Shown: piece by piece, positions 40,937 to 56,280 of the stretch
How positions within the stretch are numbered: position 1 is the stretch's first letter
How the letters are laid out: each line of letters opens with the position of its first letter
Assembly: GCF_041248615.1 (NCBI RefSeq)
Contig: NZ_CP158426.1
Origin: Escherichia coli
GTDB taxonomy: Bacteria; Pseudomonadota; Gammaproteobacteria; Enterobacterales; Enterobacteriaceae
DNA length: 64,000 nt
Reading direction: 5' to 3' (one strand)
Program-made: the position numbers and the translations under genes
Notes under the pieces: generated by a model
Told to the model about the DNA's origin: nothing
The model's input: only the letters and a program-made list of their open reading frames with translations
Database searches by the model: none

Positions 40937-41287
40937 AAAAGGTTCCTTGAAGTATGTCCCACGCTGTGGACGGTACTTACATTAAGGCACAACAGGACAA
41001 AATGGTCAATTCTTCGTTATGTAAAAAAGCGTCAGTGGATACATATTTTAATGTTATGGAAGTTAATTTAATTATTTACAATGATGATGTAATAATGATG
41101 AATTAACATGATAAACGTAATAATTCATTAATCAGGGTTATTTTGTTTGATATATATCAATTGGAACTTTCATATGACACTTAGAATCAATGCTCTCTAT
41201 AGTGATGAATAATCATCATTCGAAGTCAGGTGGGATGCCTGTCTGAATACACCTCCTTCAGGATGTGGGGGATTCTGCTGAGCATCT

Positions 41288-43531
41288 ATGAAACTGAATG
41301 CAACTTATATAAAAATACGTGATAAATGGTGGGGGCTTCCGCTGTTCCTGCCTTCTTTAATCTTGCCCATTTTCGCCCACATTAATACTTTCGCGCATAT
41401 TTCTTCCGGTGAGGTTTTTCTCTTTTATCTGCCTCTGGCTCTGATGATCAGCATGATGATGTTTTTCAGCTGGGCGGCATTGCCAGGGATCGCCTTAGGG
41501 ATTTTTGTCCGCAAATATGCAGAGCTGGGTTTTTACGAAACGCTCTCATTAACGGCTAATTTTATTATCATTATCATTCTCTGTTGGGGCGGTTACAGGG
41601 TCTTTACTCCCCGGCGTAACAACGTTTCACATGGTGATACCCGTTTAATTTCCCAGCGTATATTCTGGCAGATTGTGTTTCCTGCAACGCTGTTTCTGAT
41701 ACTTTTCCAGTTTGCTGCGTTTGTAGGATTACTGGCGAGCAGAGAAAATCTGGTCGGCGTCATGCCTTTTAACCTCGGGACCTTAATCAATTATCAGGCC
41801 TTACTGGTGGGCAATCTGATTGGTGTCCCGCTGTGCTACTTCATCATTCGTGCAGTGCGAAATCCGTTTTATTTACGTAGTTATTATTCGCAATTAAAAC
41901 AGCAGGTTGATGTAAAAGTCACCAAAAAAGAGTTCGCACTCTGGCTACTGGCATTAGGTGCTTTACTGCTGCTGTTATGCATGCCGTTAAATGAAAAAAG
42001 CACAATTTTTAGCACCAACTATACCTTGTCATTATTGCTGCCCCTGATGATGTGGGGAGCGATGCGCTATGGTTATAAGCTAATTTCGCTGCTCTGGGCG
42101 GTCGTGTTGATGATCAGCATCCACAGCTATCAAAATTACATTCCCATTTATCCTGGCTATACCACGCAGCTGACCATAACCTCCTCCAGTTATCTGGTAT
42201 TCTCTTTTATTGTCAATTATATGGCTGTACTGGCAACCCGTCAGAGAGCGGTAGCCAGACGCATTCAGCGGCTTGCGTATGTGGACCCGGTGGTTCATCT
42301 GCCAAATGTTCGCGCCCTGAATCGCGCGTTGCGTGATGCCCCCTGGTCTGCGCTTTGTTATTTACGCATCCCCGGCATGGAAATGCTGGTTAAGAACTAT
42401 GGCATCATGCTACGGATTCAATACAAGCAAAAACTTTCTCACTGGCTGTCACCATTGCTGGAACCGGGTGAAGATGTTTATCAGCTATCGGGTAACGATC
42501 TCGCGCTGCGACTGAATACAGAATCGCACCAGGAGCGCATTACCGCACTGGATAGCCATCTCAAGCAATTTCGTTTCTTTTGGGATGGAATGCCGATGCA
42601 ACCGCAGATTGGCGTCAGTTACTGCTATGTGCGCTCGCCAGTGAATCATATCTACTTACTGCTGGGAGAGCTAAATACGGTCGCCGAACTTTCCATCGTG
42701 ACCAACGCCCCAGAAAATATGCAGCGTCGCGGGGCAATGTATTTGCAACGCGAATTGAAAGATAAAGTCGCGATGATGAATCGACTACAGCAGGCGCTGG
42801 AACACAACCATTTTTTCCTGATGGCCCAGCCGATTACCGGTATGCGTGGCGATGTCTACCATGAAATTCTTCTGCGCATGAAAGGTGAGAATGATGAACT
42901 GATCAGCCCCGACAGCTTCTTGCCGGTCGCGCACGAATTTGGTTTATCGTCGAGTATCGACATGTGGGTCATTGAGCATGCGCTGCAATTTATGGCTGAA
43001 AACAGAGCGAAGATGCCCGCTCACCGTTTTGCCATTAATCTGTCGCCAACCTCGGTATGTCAGGCTCGTTTTCCCGTTGAAGTCAGTCAGCTGCTGGCTA
43101 AATATCAAATTGAAGCGTGGCAACTTATTTTTGAAGTCACCGAAAGTAATGCTCTGACAAATGTTAAGCAGGCGCAAATCACCTTGCAGCATCTTCAGGA
43201 ATTAGGCTGCCAGATTGCGATTGATGATTTCGGCACCGGCTACGCCAGCTATGCGCGGCTTAAAAATGTGAATGCCGATCTGCTTAAAATTGACGGCAGT
43301 TTTATCCGCAATATTGTGTCAAATAGTCTGGATTATCAGATAGTGGCGTCGATTTGCCACCTGGCGCGAATGAAGAAAATGCGGGTAGTGGCAGAGTACG
43401 TTGAAAACGAAGAGATCCGCGAGGCGGTGCTCTCTTTGGGGATCGATTATATGCAGGGTTATCTTATTGGTAAGCCGCAACCGTTAATTGATACGCTGAA
43501 TGAAATCGAACCCATTCGCGAAAGTGCCTGA
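41288..43531 (+). CDS. pdeF: c-di-GMP phosphodiesterase PdeF (MASE1 + degenerate GGDEF + EAL)
   Basis: 747 aa with an N-terminal multi-TM region and a C-terminal EAL domain (EVTE, DDFGTGYA motifs). Confidence 0.9.
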   Translation: MKLNATYIKIRDKWWGLPLFLPSLILPIFAHINTFAHISSGEVFLFYLPLALMISMMMFFSWAALPGIALGIFVRKYAELGFYETLSLTANFIIIIILCWGGYRVFTPRRNNVSHGDTRLISQRIFWQIVFPATLFLILFQFAAFVGLLASRENLVGVMPFNLGTLINYQALLVGNLIGVPLCYFIIRAVRNPFYLRSYYSQLKQQVDVKVTKKEFALWLLALGALLLLLCMPLNEKSTIFSTNYTLSLLLPLMMWGAMRYGYKLISLLWAVVLMISIHSYQNYIPIYPGYTTQLTITSSSYLVFSFIVNYMAVLATRQRAVARRIQRLAYVDPVVHLPNVRALNRALRDAPWSALCYLRIPGMEMLVKNYGIMLRIQYKQKLSHWLSPLLEPGEDVYQLSGNDLALRLNTESHQERITALDSHLKQFRFFWDGMPMQPQIGVSYCYVRSPVNHIYLLLGELNTVAELSIVTNAPENMQRRGAMYLQRELKDKVAMMNRLQQALEHNHFFLMAQPITGMRGDVYHEILLRMKGENDELISPDSFLPVAHEFGLSSSIDMWVIEHALQFMAENRAKMPAHRFAINLSPTSVCQARFPVEVSQLLAKYQIEAWQLIFEVTESNALTNVKQAQITLQHLQELGCQIAIDDFGTGYASYARLKNVNADLLKIDGSFIRNIVSNSLDYQIVASICHLARMKKMRVVAEYVENEEIREAVLSLGIDYMQGYLIGKPQPLIDTLNEIEPIRESA

Positions 43532-43536
43532 ATAAT

Positions 43537-43563
43537 GCGGGCCGACATTTCTTGTCGGCCCGC
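43537..43563. terminator. Bidirectional terminator between pdeF and ppx
   Basis: 11-bp stem GCGGGCCGACA / TGTCGGCCCGC. Confidence 0.75.
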
Positions 43564-43569
43564 AAAGCA

Positions 43570-47182
<3,613 letters not shown>

Positions 47183-47311
47183 TACCACTTTTACTCCGTT
47201 TTATTCACGGGACACTGCCTGGATATTATGGCGAGCAATATTGGCAGATGTCCAACTATGCCAGAAAAGGGGGAAAAAAACTGCTGGAGCTTGCGATTTA
47301 CAGGTGAATTG

Positions 47312-47338
47312 AAAAACGCCAGCGGCAGAGCTGGCGCT
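47312..47338 (-). terminator. Terminator after purN
   Basis: CGCCAGC / GCTGGCG stem followed by TTTTT on the minus strand. Confidence 0.7.
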
Positions 47339-47353
47339 TTAACTACGGGGGCA

Positions 47354-47991
47354 TTACTCGTCGGCAGCGTAGCCCTGCGGCGGCAGACGTTGACCATCCA
47401 GCCACGCGGCGTTTTCGTGCATTTTCAGACGACCATCGGCAAACCAGCTAATCACCAGTGGATAAATAGCGTGTTCCTGGGTTTGCACGCGGGCGGTGAT
47501 GTCATCCTCCGTATCACCAGCAAATACCGGGACTTTCGCCTGTAAAATAACCGGGCCACCGTCCAGTTCATCGGTGACGAAATGCACCGATGTACCGTGC
47601 TCTTCATCGCCATTTTCCAGCGCCTGACGATGGGTGTGTAATCCGGGATATTTCGGCAGCAGAGAAGGGTGAATGTTCAGCAAACGCCCGGCATAGTGGG
47701 AGACAAACGCCGGGCTGAGAATGCGCATAAAACCAGCCAGCACGACCACATCGGGTGCGTACATGTCGATTTCATGAATCAACTCCCGGTCATAGGCTTC
47801 ACGACTGTCAAACGCGCTGGCGATGAGCGTATGCGTTGCAATACCCGCCTGGCGGGCGCGTTCAAGGCCGAACGCGTCGGCCTTATTGCTGAAAACTGCC
47901 CGTACGGTGCCTTTAATTTTATTGGTTTTGCAGGCGTCAATAATTGCCTGCAAATTACTTCCGTTGCCGGAAATAAGCACCACAATATTCA

Positions 47992-47992
<1 letters not shown>
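47354..47992 (-). CDS. purN: Phosphoribosylglycinamide formyltransferase
   Basis: 212 aa, starting MNIVVLISGNGSNLQAIIDA. Confidence 0.95.
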
Positions 47993-49047
<1,055 letters not shown>

Positions 49048-49092
49048 TTACTTGCGGTAGAAAAATAAAATTCGGCGCAATTCTAACAGGGA

Positions 49093-49108
49093 AAGCAAAC
49101 GTTTGCGA
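49093..49108. promoter_or_regulatory. PurR operator (pur box) of purMN
   Basis: AAGCAAACGTTTGCGA, a palindrome matching the PurR box consensus. Confidence 0.8.
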
Positions 49109-49283
49109 GACTGCTTTACACAACCTTTTTGCACGTCTTTTCCCCAGGCGCGCGGCAAAACAATACTTGTACCAGGGCAAAGGATCGTTTTCGGATGGAA
49201 TAATCTTCTTCCATAACCATTTGAATACAAAATAACTTTATCTCAAACCGTTATCATTTTGACTAAAGTCAACGAAAATAATA

Positions 49284-49327
49284 TTGCCGGCTTGAAGAAA
49301 GGAGGTATAATCCGTCGATTTTTTTTG
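49284..49327 (+). promoter_or_regulatory. upp-uraA promoter with a T8 initially transcribed tract
   Basis: TTGCCG, 16-nt spacer, TATAAT (49306-49311), then GATTTTTTTTG. This is the known UTP-sensitive reiterative-transcription control region. Confidence 0.75.
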
Positions 49328-49353
49328 TGGCTGCCCCTCAAAGGAGAAAGAGT

Positions 49354-49980
49354 ATGAAGATCGTGGAAGTCAAACACCCACTCGTCAAACACAAGCTGGG
49401 ACTGATGCGTGAGCAAGATATCAGCACCAAGCGCTTTCGCGAACTCGCTTCCGAAGTGGGTAGCCTGCTGACTTACGAAGCGACCGCCGACCTCGAAACG
49501 GAAAAAGTAACTATCGAAGGCTGGAACGGCCCGGTAGAAATCGACCAGATCAAAGGTAAGAAAATTACCGTTGTGCCAATTCTGCGTGCGGGTCTTGGGA
49601 TGATGGACGGTGTGCTGGAAAACGTTCCGAGCGCGCGCATCAGCGTTGTCGGTATGTACCGTAATGAAGAAACGCTGGAGCCGGTACCGTACTTCCAGAA
49701 ACTGGTTTCTAACATCGATGAGCGTATGGCGCTGATCGTTGACCCAATGCTGGCAACCGGTGGTTCCGTTATCGCGACCATCGACCTGCTGAAAAAAGCG
49801 GGCTGCAGCAGCATCAAAGTTCTGGTGCTGGTCGCTGCGCCAGAAGGTATCGCAGCGCTGGAAAAAGCGCACCCGGACGTCGAACTGTATACTGCATCGA
49901 TTGACCAGGGACTGAACGAGCACGGATACATTATTCCGGGCCTCGGCGATGCCGGTGACAAAATCTTTGGTACGAAATAA
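49354..49980 (+). CDS. upp: Uracil phosphoribosyltransferase
   Basis: 208 aa counted from [16 protein letters not shown]. Confidence 0.95.
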
Positions 49981-49996
49981 AGAATAAAAATAATTA

Positions 49997-50025
49997 AAGC
50001 CGACTTTAAGAGTCGGCTTTTTTTT
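49997..50025 (+). terminator. Intercistronic terminator/attenuator between upp and uraA
   Basis: AAGCCGACT / AGTCGGCTT stem followed by TTTTTT. Confidence 0.7.
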
Positions 50026-50065
50026 GAGTAAAGCGCCTATAACACATAATACAGAGGATAATACT

Positions 50066-51355
50066 ATGACGCGCCGTGCTATCGGGGTGAGTGAAAGACC
50101 GCCACTTTTACAGACAATCCCGCTTAGTTTGCAACATTTGTTCGCCATGTTTGGTGCAACCGTCCTGGTGCCCGTCTTATTTCATATTAACCCGGCGACT
50201 GTACTGTTATTTAACGGTATAGGAACACTGCTGTATCTCTTCATCTGTAAAGGGAAAATTCCGGCTTATCTTGGTTCCAGCTTTGCCTTTATTTCACCGG
50301 TATTGTTACTGTTGCCGTTGGGGTATGAAGTCGCGCTGGGCGGCTTTATTATGTGCGGCGTGCTGTTCTGCCTGGTTTCTTTTATCGTGAAGAAAGCGGG
50401 GACCGGCTGGCTGGACGTGCTGTTTCCACCTGCGGCAATGGGCGCAATCGTTGCCGTCATCGGTCTGGAGCTGGCGGGCGTAGCTGCCGGTATGGCAGGT
50501 TTACTCCCGGCTGAAGGGCAAACTCCAGACTCCAAAACCATCATCATCTCCATTACCACGCTGGCGGTTACGGTTTTAGGTTCCGTGCTGTTTCGTGGTT
50601 TCCTGGCAATTATCCCGATTTTAATTGGCGTGCTGGTGGGCTACGCGCTCTCTTTCGCAATGGGAATTGTCGATACCACGCCGATTATTAATGCTCACTG
50701 GTTTGCGCTGCCAACTCTCTATACGCCGCGCTTCGAGTGGTTTGCCATTCTGACTATTCTGCCAGCGGCGTTAGTGGTTATTGCCGAACACGTAGGGCAC
50801 CTGGTGGTAACGGCTAATATCGTCAAAAAAGATCTGCTGCGCGATCCAGGTCTGCACCGTTCGATGTTTGCTAACGGCTTGTCGACCGTGATCTCCGGCT
50901 TCTTTGGCTCCACGCCAAATACCACCTACGGGGAAAACATTGGCGTGATGGCGATCACCCGTGTTTACAGTACCTGGGTTATCGGCGGGGCAGCGATTTT
51001 CGCTATCCTGCTTTCCTGCGTCGGTAAACTGGCTGCTGCTATCCAGATGATCCCATTGCCGGTGATGGGCGGCGTTTCGCTGCTGCTTTATGGTGTCATC
51101 GGTGCTTCCGGTATTCGTGTTTTGATCGAATCGAAAGTGGATTACAACAAAGCACAGAACCTGATCCTGACTTCCGTGATTTTGATCATCGGTGTCAGTG
51201 GCGCGAAGGTAAACATCGGCGCGGCGGAGCTGAAAGGTATGGCGCTGGCGACCATCGTCGGTATCGGCTTAAGTTTGATCTTCAAACTGATTAGTGTGCT
51301 GCGCCCTGAAGAAGTGGTGCTGGACGCAGAAGACGCGGATATAACAGACAAATAA
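50066..51355 (+). CDS. uraA: Uracil:proton symporter
   Basis: 429 aa counted from [16 protein letters not shown]. Confidence 0.95.
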   Translation: MTRRAIGVSERPPLLQTIPLSLQHLFAMFGATVLVPVLFHINPATVLLFNGIGTLLYLFICKGKIPAYLGSSFAFISPVLLLLPLGYEVALGGFIMCGVLFCLVSFIVKKAGTGWLDVLFPPAAMGAIVAVIGLELAGVAAGMAGLLPAEGQTPDSKTIIISITTLAVTVLGSVLFRGFLAIIPILIGVLVGYALSFAMGIVDTTPIINAHWFALPTLYTPRFEWFAILTILPAALVVIAEHVGHLVVTANIVKKDLLRDPGLHRSMFANGLSTVISGFFGSTPNTTYGENIGVMAITRVYSTWVIGGAAIFAILLSCVGKLAAAIQMIPLPVMGGVSLLLYGVIGASGIRVLIESKVDYNKAQNLILTSVILIIGVSGAKVNIGAAELKGMALATIVGIGLSLIFKLISVLRPEEVVLDAEDADITDK

Positions 51356-51449
51356 TGTACCGACCGGGCAGTGTTGCTGCCCGGTTCAAACATCATGGGA
51401 TTCTGTGGTAAACTTCTCGCGATTTTGTGAAATCCTGGTTGAGGTATCT

Positions 51450-52151
51450 CTGAACACACCGGCACAGCTCTCTTTGCCACTTTATCTTCCTGACGACGAA
51501 ACCTTTGCAAGTTTCTGGCCGGGGGATAACTCCTCTTTACTGGCCGCGCTGCAAAACGTGCTGCGTCAGGAACATAGCGGTTACATCTATCTCTGGGCAC
51601 GCGAAGGCGCGGGGCGCAGCCATCTGCTGCACGCGGCTTGCGCGGAATTGTCGCAGCGTGGCGATGCGGTGGGCTATGTCCCGCTGGATAAACGCACCTG
51701 GTTTGTTCCGGAAGTGCTCGACGGTATGGAGCATTTGTCGCTGGTCTGTATCGACAACATTGAGTGTATTGCAGGCGATGAGTTGTGGGAGATGGCGATT
51801 TTCGATCTCTACAATCGAATTCTGGAATCGGGCAAAACACGGTTGTTAATCACCGGCGATCGTCCACCGCGGCAGTTGAATCTGGGATTACCGGATCTCG
51901 CGTCGCGTCTCGACTGGGGGCAGATCTACAAATTGCAGCCACTTTCTGATGAAGATAAGTTGCAGGCGCTACAGTTACGCGCGCGTTTGCGTGGTTTTGA
52001 ACTGCCGGAAGATGTGGGGCGTTTCTTGTTGAAGCGGCTCGACAGAGAGATGCGCACGTTATTTATGACGTTGGATCAGTTGGATCGTGCGTCGATTACC
52101 GCGCAACGTAAGCTGACCATTCCGTTTGTGAAAGAAATTCTGAAACTGTAG
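51450..52151 (+). CDS. hda: DnaA regulatory inactivator Hda
   Basis: 233 aa if the known CTG start ([19 protein letters not shown]) is used. The ORF-track start at 51405 is probably too long. Confidence 0.85.
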
Positions 52152-52164
52152 ACAAGACGTTTAT

Positions 52165-52228
52165 TGTCGGATGCGCACCCATAGTATTCGTCGGCCGGAT
52201 AAGACGCGGCAAGCGTCGCATCCGGCAA
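52165..52228. repeat. REP (repetitive extragenic palindrome) element(s)
   Basis: GCCGGATAAGACGCGGCAAGCGTCGCATCCGGCA plus a partial TGTCGGATGCG copy. Confidence 0.75.
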
Positions 52229-52256
52229 TGTGCTTCAACTAGCGATGGAGCACTTC

Positions 52257-52616
52257 TTAACCCACGATTTCCAGCACCTGCTCCGGTGGACGACCAATTC
52301 GCGCTTTGCCATTCGCGACCACAATCGGGCGCTCCATTAGCTTCGGATTATCCACCATTGCCTGAATCAGCGCCTCTTCGCTAAGCGAACTGTCAGCCAG
52401 GTTCAGTTCTTTATAAAGATCCTCTTTCTGGCGCATCAATTCACGAGCGCTATTCATCCCCAGCATTTTCAGCAAATCACGCAGCGTTGCCGCATCGGCG
52501 GGTGTCTCAAGGTAGAGCACCACTTCTGGCTCCACGCCGTTTTCTTTCAGCAGGTTTAGCGTTTCCCGGCTCTTTGAACAGCGTGGGTTATGGTAGATTT
52601 TTACCTGTTTGGTCAT
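52257..52616 (-). CDS. yfgD: ArsC/Spx-family reductase-like protein YfgD
   Basis: 119 aa with IYHNPRCSKSR near the N-terminus. Confidence 0.9.
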   Translation of the reverse strand: MTKQVKIYHNPRCSKSRETLNLLKENGVEPEVVLYLETPADAATLRDLLKMLGMNSARELMRQKEDLYKELNLADSSLSEEALIQAMVDNPKLMERPIVVANGKARIGRPPEQVLEIVG

Positions 52617-52636
52617 TGTTCTTCCTTTAATGCGAA

Positions 52637-54100
52637 TTACATCTTGGTATAAGGCTTAAAGCGTTCCTGCAGCTGGCGCAACTGGTCGATGCGCGCATCG
52701 TAACGCGCTTGTTGCAGGCTGCCTAATTTCACCTGAGAACTGGCGCTACTCAACAAGGAAATGGCCTGATCGAGTCGCCCGGCGAGCGCATAACCTTCTG
52801 CTCGCGCAGCCAGTTCCTGATCGCGGTTATTTAGCGCGGCTTCCGCCTGTGCCAGTAAATCCCAGCCGTTGCTGTCATCTTTATTGTTAAAAGTGTAGCG
52901 ATTCAGAATATTGGCCGCTTCTTGTGGTTGACCGCCTTGCAGATAAGCGTTCGCCAGGTTGAGCTGCAACACTGGATTGGTGCGCAAATCGCGGGCATTT
53001 TTCAGGCGATTGATAGCGTCATTGGCTTTGTTTTGCCCAAGATCGATATCGGTAGCCAGATCGAGATACCATGCGTTGCCAGGTTCTGCCGCCAGTAACG
53101 GTTGCAGCGTTTTACGCGCTTCGTCGTATTTATTGGCTTCCATCGCCTGTAAAGCACGACCATATTGCGCCGCTCGTTGCTGACGAACGTTTCCTTTCGC
53201 CCATTCATCCAGCAAATCACTGGTGAGCTGGTTACGTCCGGAATTATACATCCCCAGTGTGCGCGCTTTCGCCAGATAGAAATCTTCCGACGACTGCACC
53301 ACCATCGGACGCATCTGATTAGCACGGTTGCGGGCATCTGCCAGACGACTTTCCGGCAACGGGTGAGTCAATAAAATTTCCGGCGGACGCGAGGAGTAAC
53401 GCGCCTGATCGAGCAATTTTTCGAGGAAGGTCGGCATCGCCTGCGGATCGAATCCCGAGCGTTGCAGCACCTGAATACCAATGCGGTCCGCTTCCTGTTC
53501 ATTTTGCTGGGTGAAACTGATCATCCCCTGGCGCGTTCCCGCCAGTGTACCGGTCAGCGCAGCCATCCCCGCCTGCGGACTGGCCATCGCCAGTAAAATA
53601 GAACCTAATGCGCCGACCCAGGTCAGCGGCGCGCTGCGCTGCTGATCTTCCATCGCTCGCGCCAGGTGACGTTGGGTGACGTGGGAGATTTCGTGCGCCA
53701 TAACTGAAGCCAGTTGACTTTCGTTATCGGAATAACGGAACAGGGCAGAGTGCAGCACCACGTTGCCGCCAAAGAAAGCAAAGGCGTTAATTTCGTCGTT
53801 GTTGATCAGAAAGAAATGAAACGGTGTCTTAACCGAATTGGCATGCGAAACCAGACGCATACCCAGCGAATTAATATATTGCGTTAACAGCGGGTCATTA
53901 ATTAACGGCGCGCTGCCGCGTAGCTGGCGGACATAATAGTCGCCCATCTGCATTTCCTGGCCAATGGAAAGCGTGCTTCCTGCGGAGGTTCCCATATCCG
54001 GCAAGGTGTCTGCGCTGTCGGCAAACGCCGGGGCTACCTGACCAATGGTCATAGCAGCAATGAGGGTTGCAACCAGGTTTTTTTTCAACTGCCTGAACAT
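52637..54100 (-). CDS. bepA: Periplasmic M48 metalloprotease/chaperone BepA
   Basis: Signal peptide, HEISH zinc motif and C-terminal TPR repeats; 487 aa. Confidence 0.95.
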   Translation of the reverse strand: MFRQLKKNLVATLIAAMTIGQVAPAFADSADTLPDMGTSAGSTLSIGQEMQMGDYYVRQLRGSAPLINDPLLTQYINSLGMRLVSHANSVKTPFHFFLINNDEINAFAFFGGNVVLHSALFRYSDNESQLASVMAHEISHVTQRHLARAMEDQQRSAPLTWVGALGSILLAMASPQAGMAALTGTLAGTRQGMISFTQQNEQEADRIGIQVLQRSGFDPQAMPTFLEKLLDQARYSSRPPEILLTHPLPESRLADARNRANQMRPMVVQSSEDFYLAKARTLGMYNSGRNQLTSDLLDEWAKGNVRQQRAAQYGRALQAMEANKYDEARKTLQPLLAAEPGNAWYLDLATDIDLGQNKANDAINRLKNARDLRTNPVLQLNLANAYLQGGQPQEAANILNRYTFNNKDDSNGWDLLAQAEAALNNRDQELAARAEGYALAGRLDQAISLLSSASSQVKLGSLQQARYDARIDQLRQLQERFKPYTKM

Positions 54101-54312
54101 AACCTCTATCCTGTATTTCTGAAGATAGTCATTTGACCGATACTGTGAAATATCGTTCCCACCGCGCCGCCTTTGAGTGTAACGGCGAAGATTAGCCCAC
54201 TCAAATGACTTTTCAGTTTCCTGAATCCGTCATAAAAAGCGAAGTCTTTTTTGTGACATTTCGATACAATTGCGGATCGCAATCCCGCTCTTGAGGTTCA
54301 GGGAAGGTCTTT

Positions 54313-55374
54313 ATGCTCGAAATGTTGATGCAATGGTATCGCCGCCGTTTTAGCGACCCGGAAGCGATTGCCTTGCTGGTTATTTTAGTTGCCGGATTTG
54401 GCATTATCTTTTTCTTTAGTGGCCTGCTTGCTCCGTTGCTGGTGGCTATTGTGCTGGCCTATTTGCTGGAATGGCCAACCGTGCGCCTGCAATCTATTGG
54501 CTGCTCCCGCCGCTGGGCGACGTCGATTGTATTGGTGGTTTTCGTCGGTATATTGCTACTGATGGCGTTCGTGGTACTGCCTATCGCCTGGCAACAGGGC
54601 ATCTACTTAATCCGCGATATGCCGGGGATGCTCAATAAGCTTTCTGACTTTGCCGCCACGTTGCCGCGCCGCTATCCGGCGTTGATGGATGCGGGCATTA
54701 TTGATGCAATGGCCGAAAATATGCGCAGTCGGATGCTTACCATGGGCGATTCGGTGGTGAAAATTTCCCTCGCCTCGCTGGTCGGTTTGCTCACCATAGC
54801 TGTCTATCTGGTGCTGGTGCCATTGATGGTCTTCTTCCTGTTGAAAGACAAAGAGCAGATGCTGAACGCCGTTCGTCGGGTGCTACCGCGTAACCGCGGA
54901 CTGGCAGGACAGGTGTGGAAGGAGATGAATCAACAAATCACCAACTATATCCGCGGCAAAGTGCTGGAGATGATCGTGGTGGGGATTGCCACCTGGCTGG
55001 GATTCTTACTCTTCGGGCTGAACTATTCGCTGCTGCTGGCGGTGCTGGTCGGCTTCTCGGTACTTATTCCGTACATTGGTGCATTTGTGGTGACCATTCC
55101 GGTGGTTGGCGTGGCGCTATTCCAGTTTGGTGCTGGCACGGAATTCTGGAGCTGCTTCGCGGTGTATCTGATTATTCAGGCGCTGGACGGTAACCTGTTA
55201 GTACCTGTGTTGTTCTCCGAAGCGGTTAACCTGCATCCGCTGGTCATTATTTTATCAGTAGTGATCTTCGGTGGTTTGTGGGGATTCTGGGGCGTATTCT
55301 TCGCCATTCCATTGGCGACGCTGATCAAAGCCGTGATTCACGCCTGGCCCGATGGGCAAATCGCGCAAGAATAA
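54313..55374 (+). CDS. perM: AI-2E family transporter PerM (YfgO)
   Basis: 353-aa multi-TM protein. Synteny agrees. Confidence 0.9.
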   Translation: MLEMLMQWYRRRFSDPEAIALLVILVAGFGIIFFFSGLLAPLLVAIVLAYLLEWPTVRLQSIGCSRRWATSIVLVVFVGILLLMAFVVLPIAWQQGIYLIRDMPGMLNKLSDFAATLPRRYPALMDAGIIDAMAENMRSRMLTMGDSVVKISLASLVGLLTIAVYLVLVPLMVFFLLKDKEQMLNAVRRVLPRNRGLAGQVWKEMNQQITNYIRGKVLEMIVVGIATWLGFLLFGLNYSLLLAVLVGFSVLIPYIGAFVVTIPVVGVALFQFGAGTEFWSCFAVYLIIQALDGNLLVPVLFSEAVNLHPLVIILSVVIFGGLWGFWGVFFAIPLATLIKAVIHAWPDGQIAQE

Positions 55375-55410
55375 TCTTCAGCCCGACGAACTGTTTCGCC
55401 GGGCTGATTT

Positions 55411-56259
55411 TTAGGGTTCCTGACGTAAATAAATAGCCCGATAACAAATACTCACCAGCACTGCACCGCCGATAATATTACCCAGCATCACCGGGAGCAG
55501 ATTGGCGGTAATAAAATGGCTGACCGTCAGTGCCGGAAAATTGTCTGCGCTACTGTGCGCCAGTTGCCAGAAGGGGGGAGGGGCGAAATGGCGAATGGCA
55601 ATGGCGAACGGAATCACAAACAAATTGGCGATACAGTGCTCAAAGCCACTGGCGACAAACAGGGTGATGGGCAAAATCATGGCGACGATTTTGTCGCATA
55701 ATGAACGCCCGCAATAACTCATCCACAGCGCCAGGCAAACCATCAGATTGCACATAATGCCGAGGCTGACAGATTCAGTAAATGTATGATGCATTTTGCC
55801 CTCGGCGCATTGTAAAACCGCGACTCCCCACATCGCGTTTTCACTCATCACCAGCCCGGAAAACCAGATTAACAAACTGAAACAGGCAATACCTGCCAGA
55901 TTACCGCAGGCCACCAGAAGTGCATTAATCAGCCATGTTCGCCAGCTAATAACGCCCCGACTTTTTGCCATCACCGTCATTACCGACGAGGTGAACAGGC
56001 TGGTGCCGCAAACCGCCAGCAAAATAAAGCCGAGTGTAAAGCAAAGGCCACCCACCAGATGGGTTAATGCCTGTGAAGACGGGGCATCGGCGATAACGGA
56101 AAGGTAAAAAGTAAATCCGATCGCCATAAACACGCCAGCGGACATCGCCATTAAAAAGACCGACACTTTGCTGCGGGCAATTTTATGGGCGGCAATCCGT
56201 TCAGCGATTGCCGCTTTTCTGGCGCTCAACTGCAAGTCGAAAGAGAGTTTGTTTCTCAT
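55411..56259 (-). CDS. focB: Formate channel FocB (FNT family)
   Basis: 282-aa FNT-type membrane protein downstream of hyfR. Confidence 0.9.
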   Translation of the reverse strand: MRNKLSFDLQLSARKAAIAERIAAHKIARSKVSVFLMAMSAGVFMAIGFTFYLSVIADAPSSQALTHLVGGLCFTLGFILLAVCGTSLFTSSVMTVMAKSRGVISWRTWLINALLVACGNLAGIACFSLLIWFSGLVMSENAMWGVAVLQCAEGKMHHTFTESVSLGIMCNLMVCLALWMSYCGRSLCDKIVAMILPITLFVASGFEHCIANLFVIPFAIAIRHFAPPPFWQLAHSSADNFPALTVSHFITANLLPVMLGNIIGGAVLVSICYRAIYLRQEP

Positions 56260-56280
56260 GAATACTCCTGCAAAAGCAGA

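Noticed and set aside
40437-41287. AT-rich intergenic stretches around yfgG, and the 63-aa ORF at 40626-40817.
   Set aside because: The layout looks like the ordinary K-12 yfgH-yfgG-pdeF arrangement. The extra ORF overlaps yfgG and has no translation signals.
49243-50148. A 301-aa minus-strand ORF opposite upp, and the similar 232-aa ORF at 51142-51840 opposite uraA/hda.
   Set aside because: These are antisense shadow ORFs of well-identified core genes. Their Arg/Val-rich composition is atypical and they lack an RBS.
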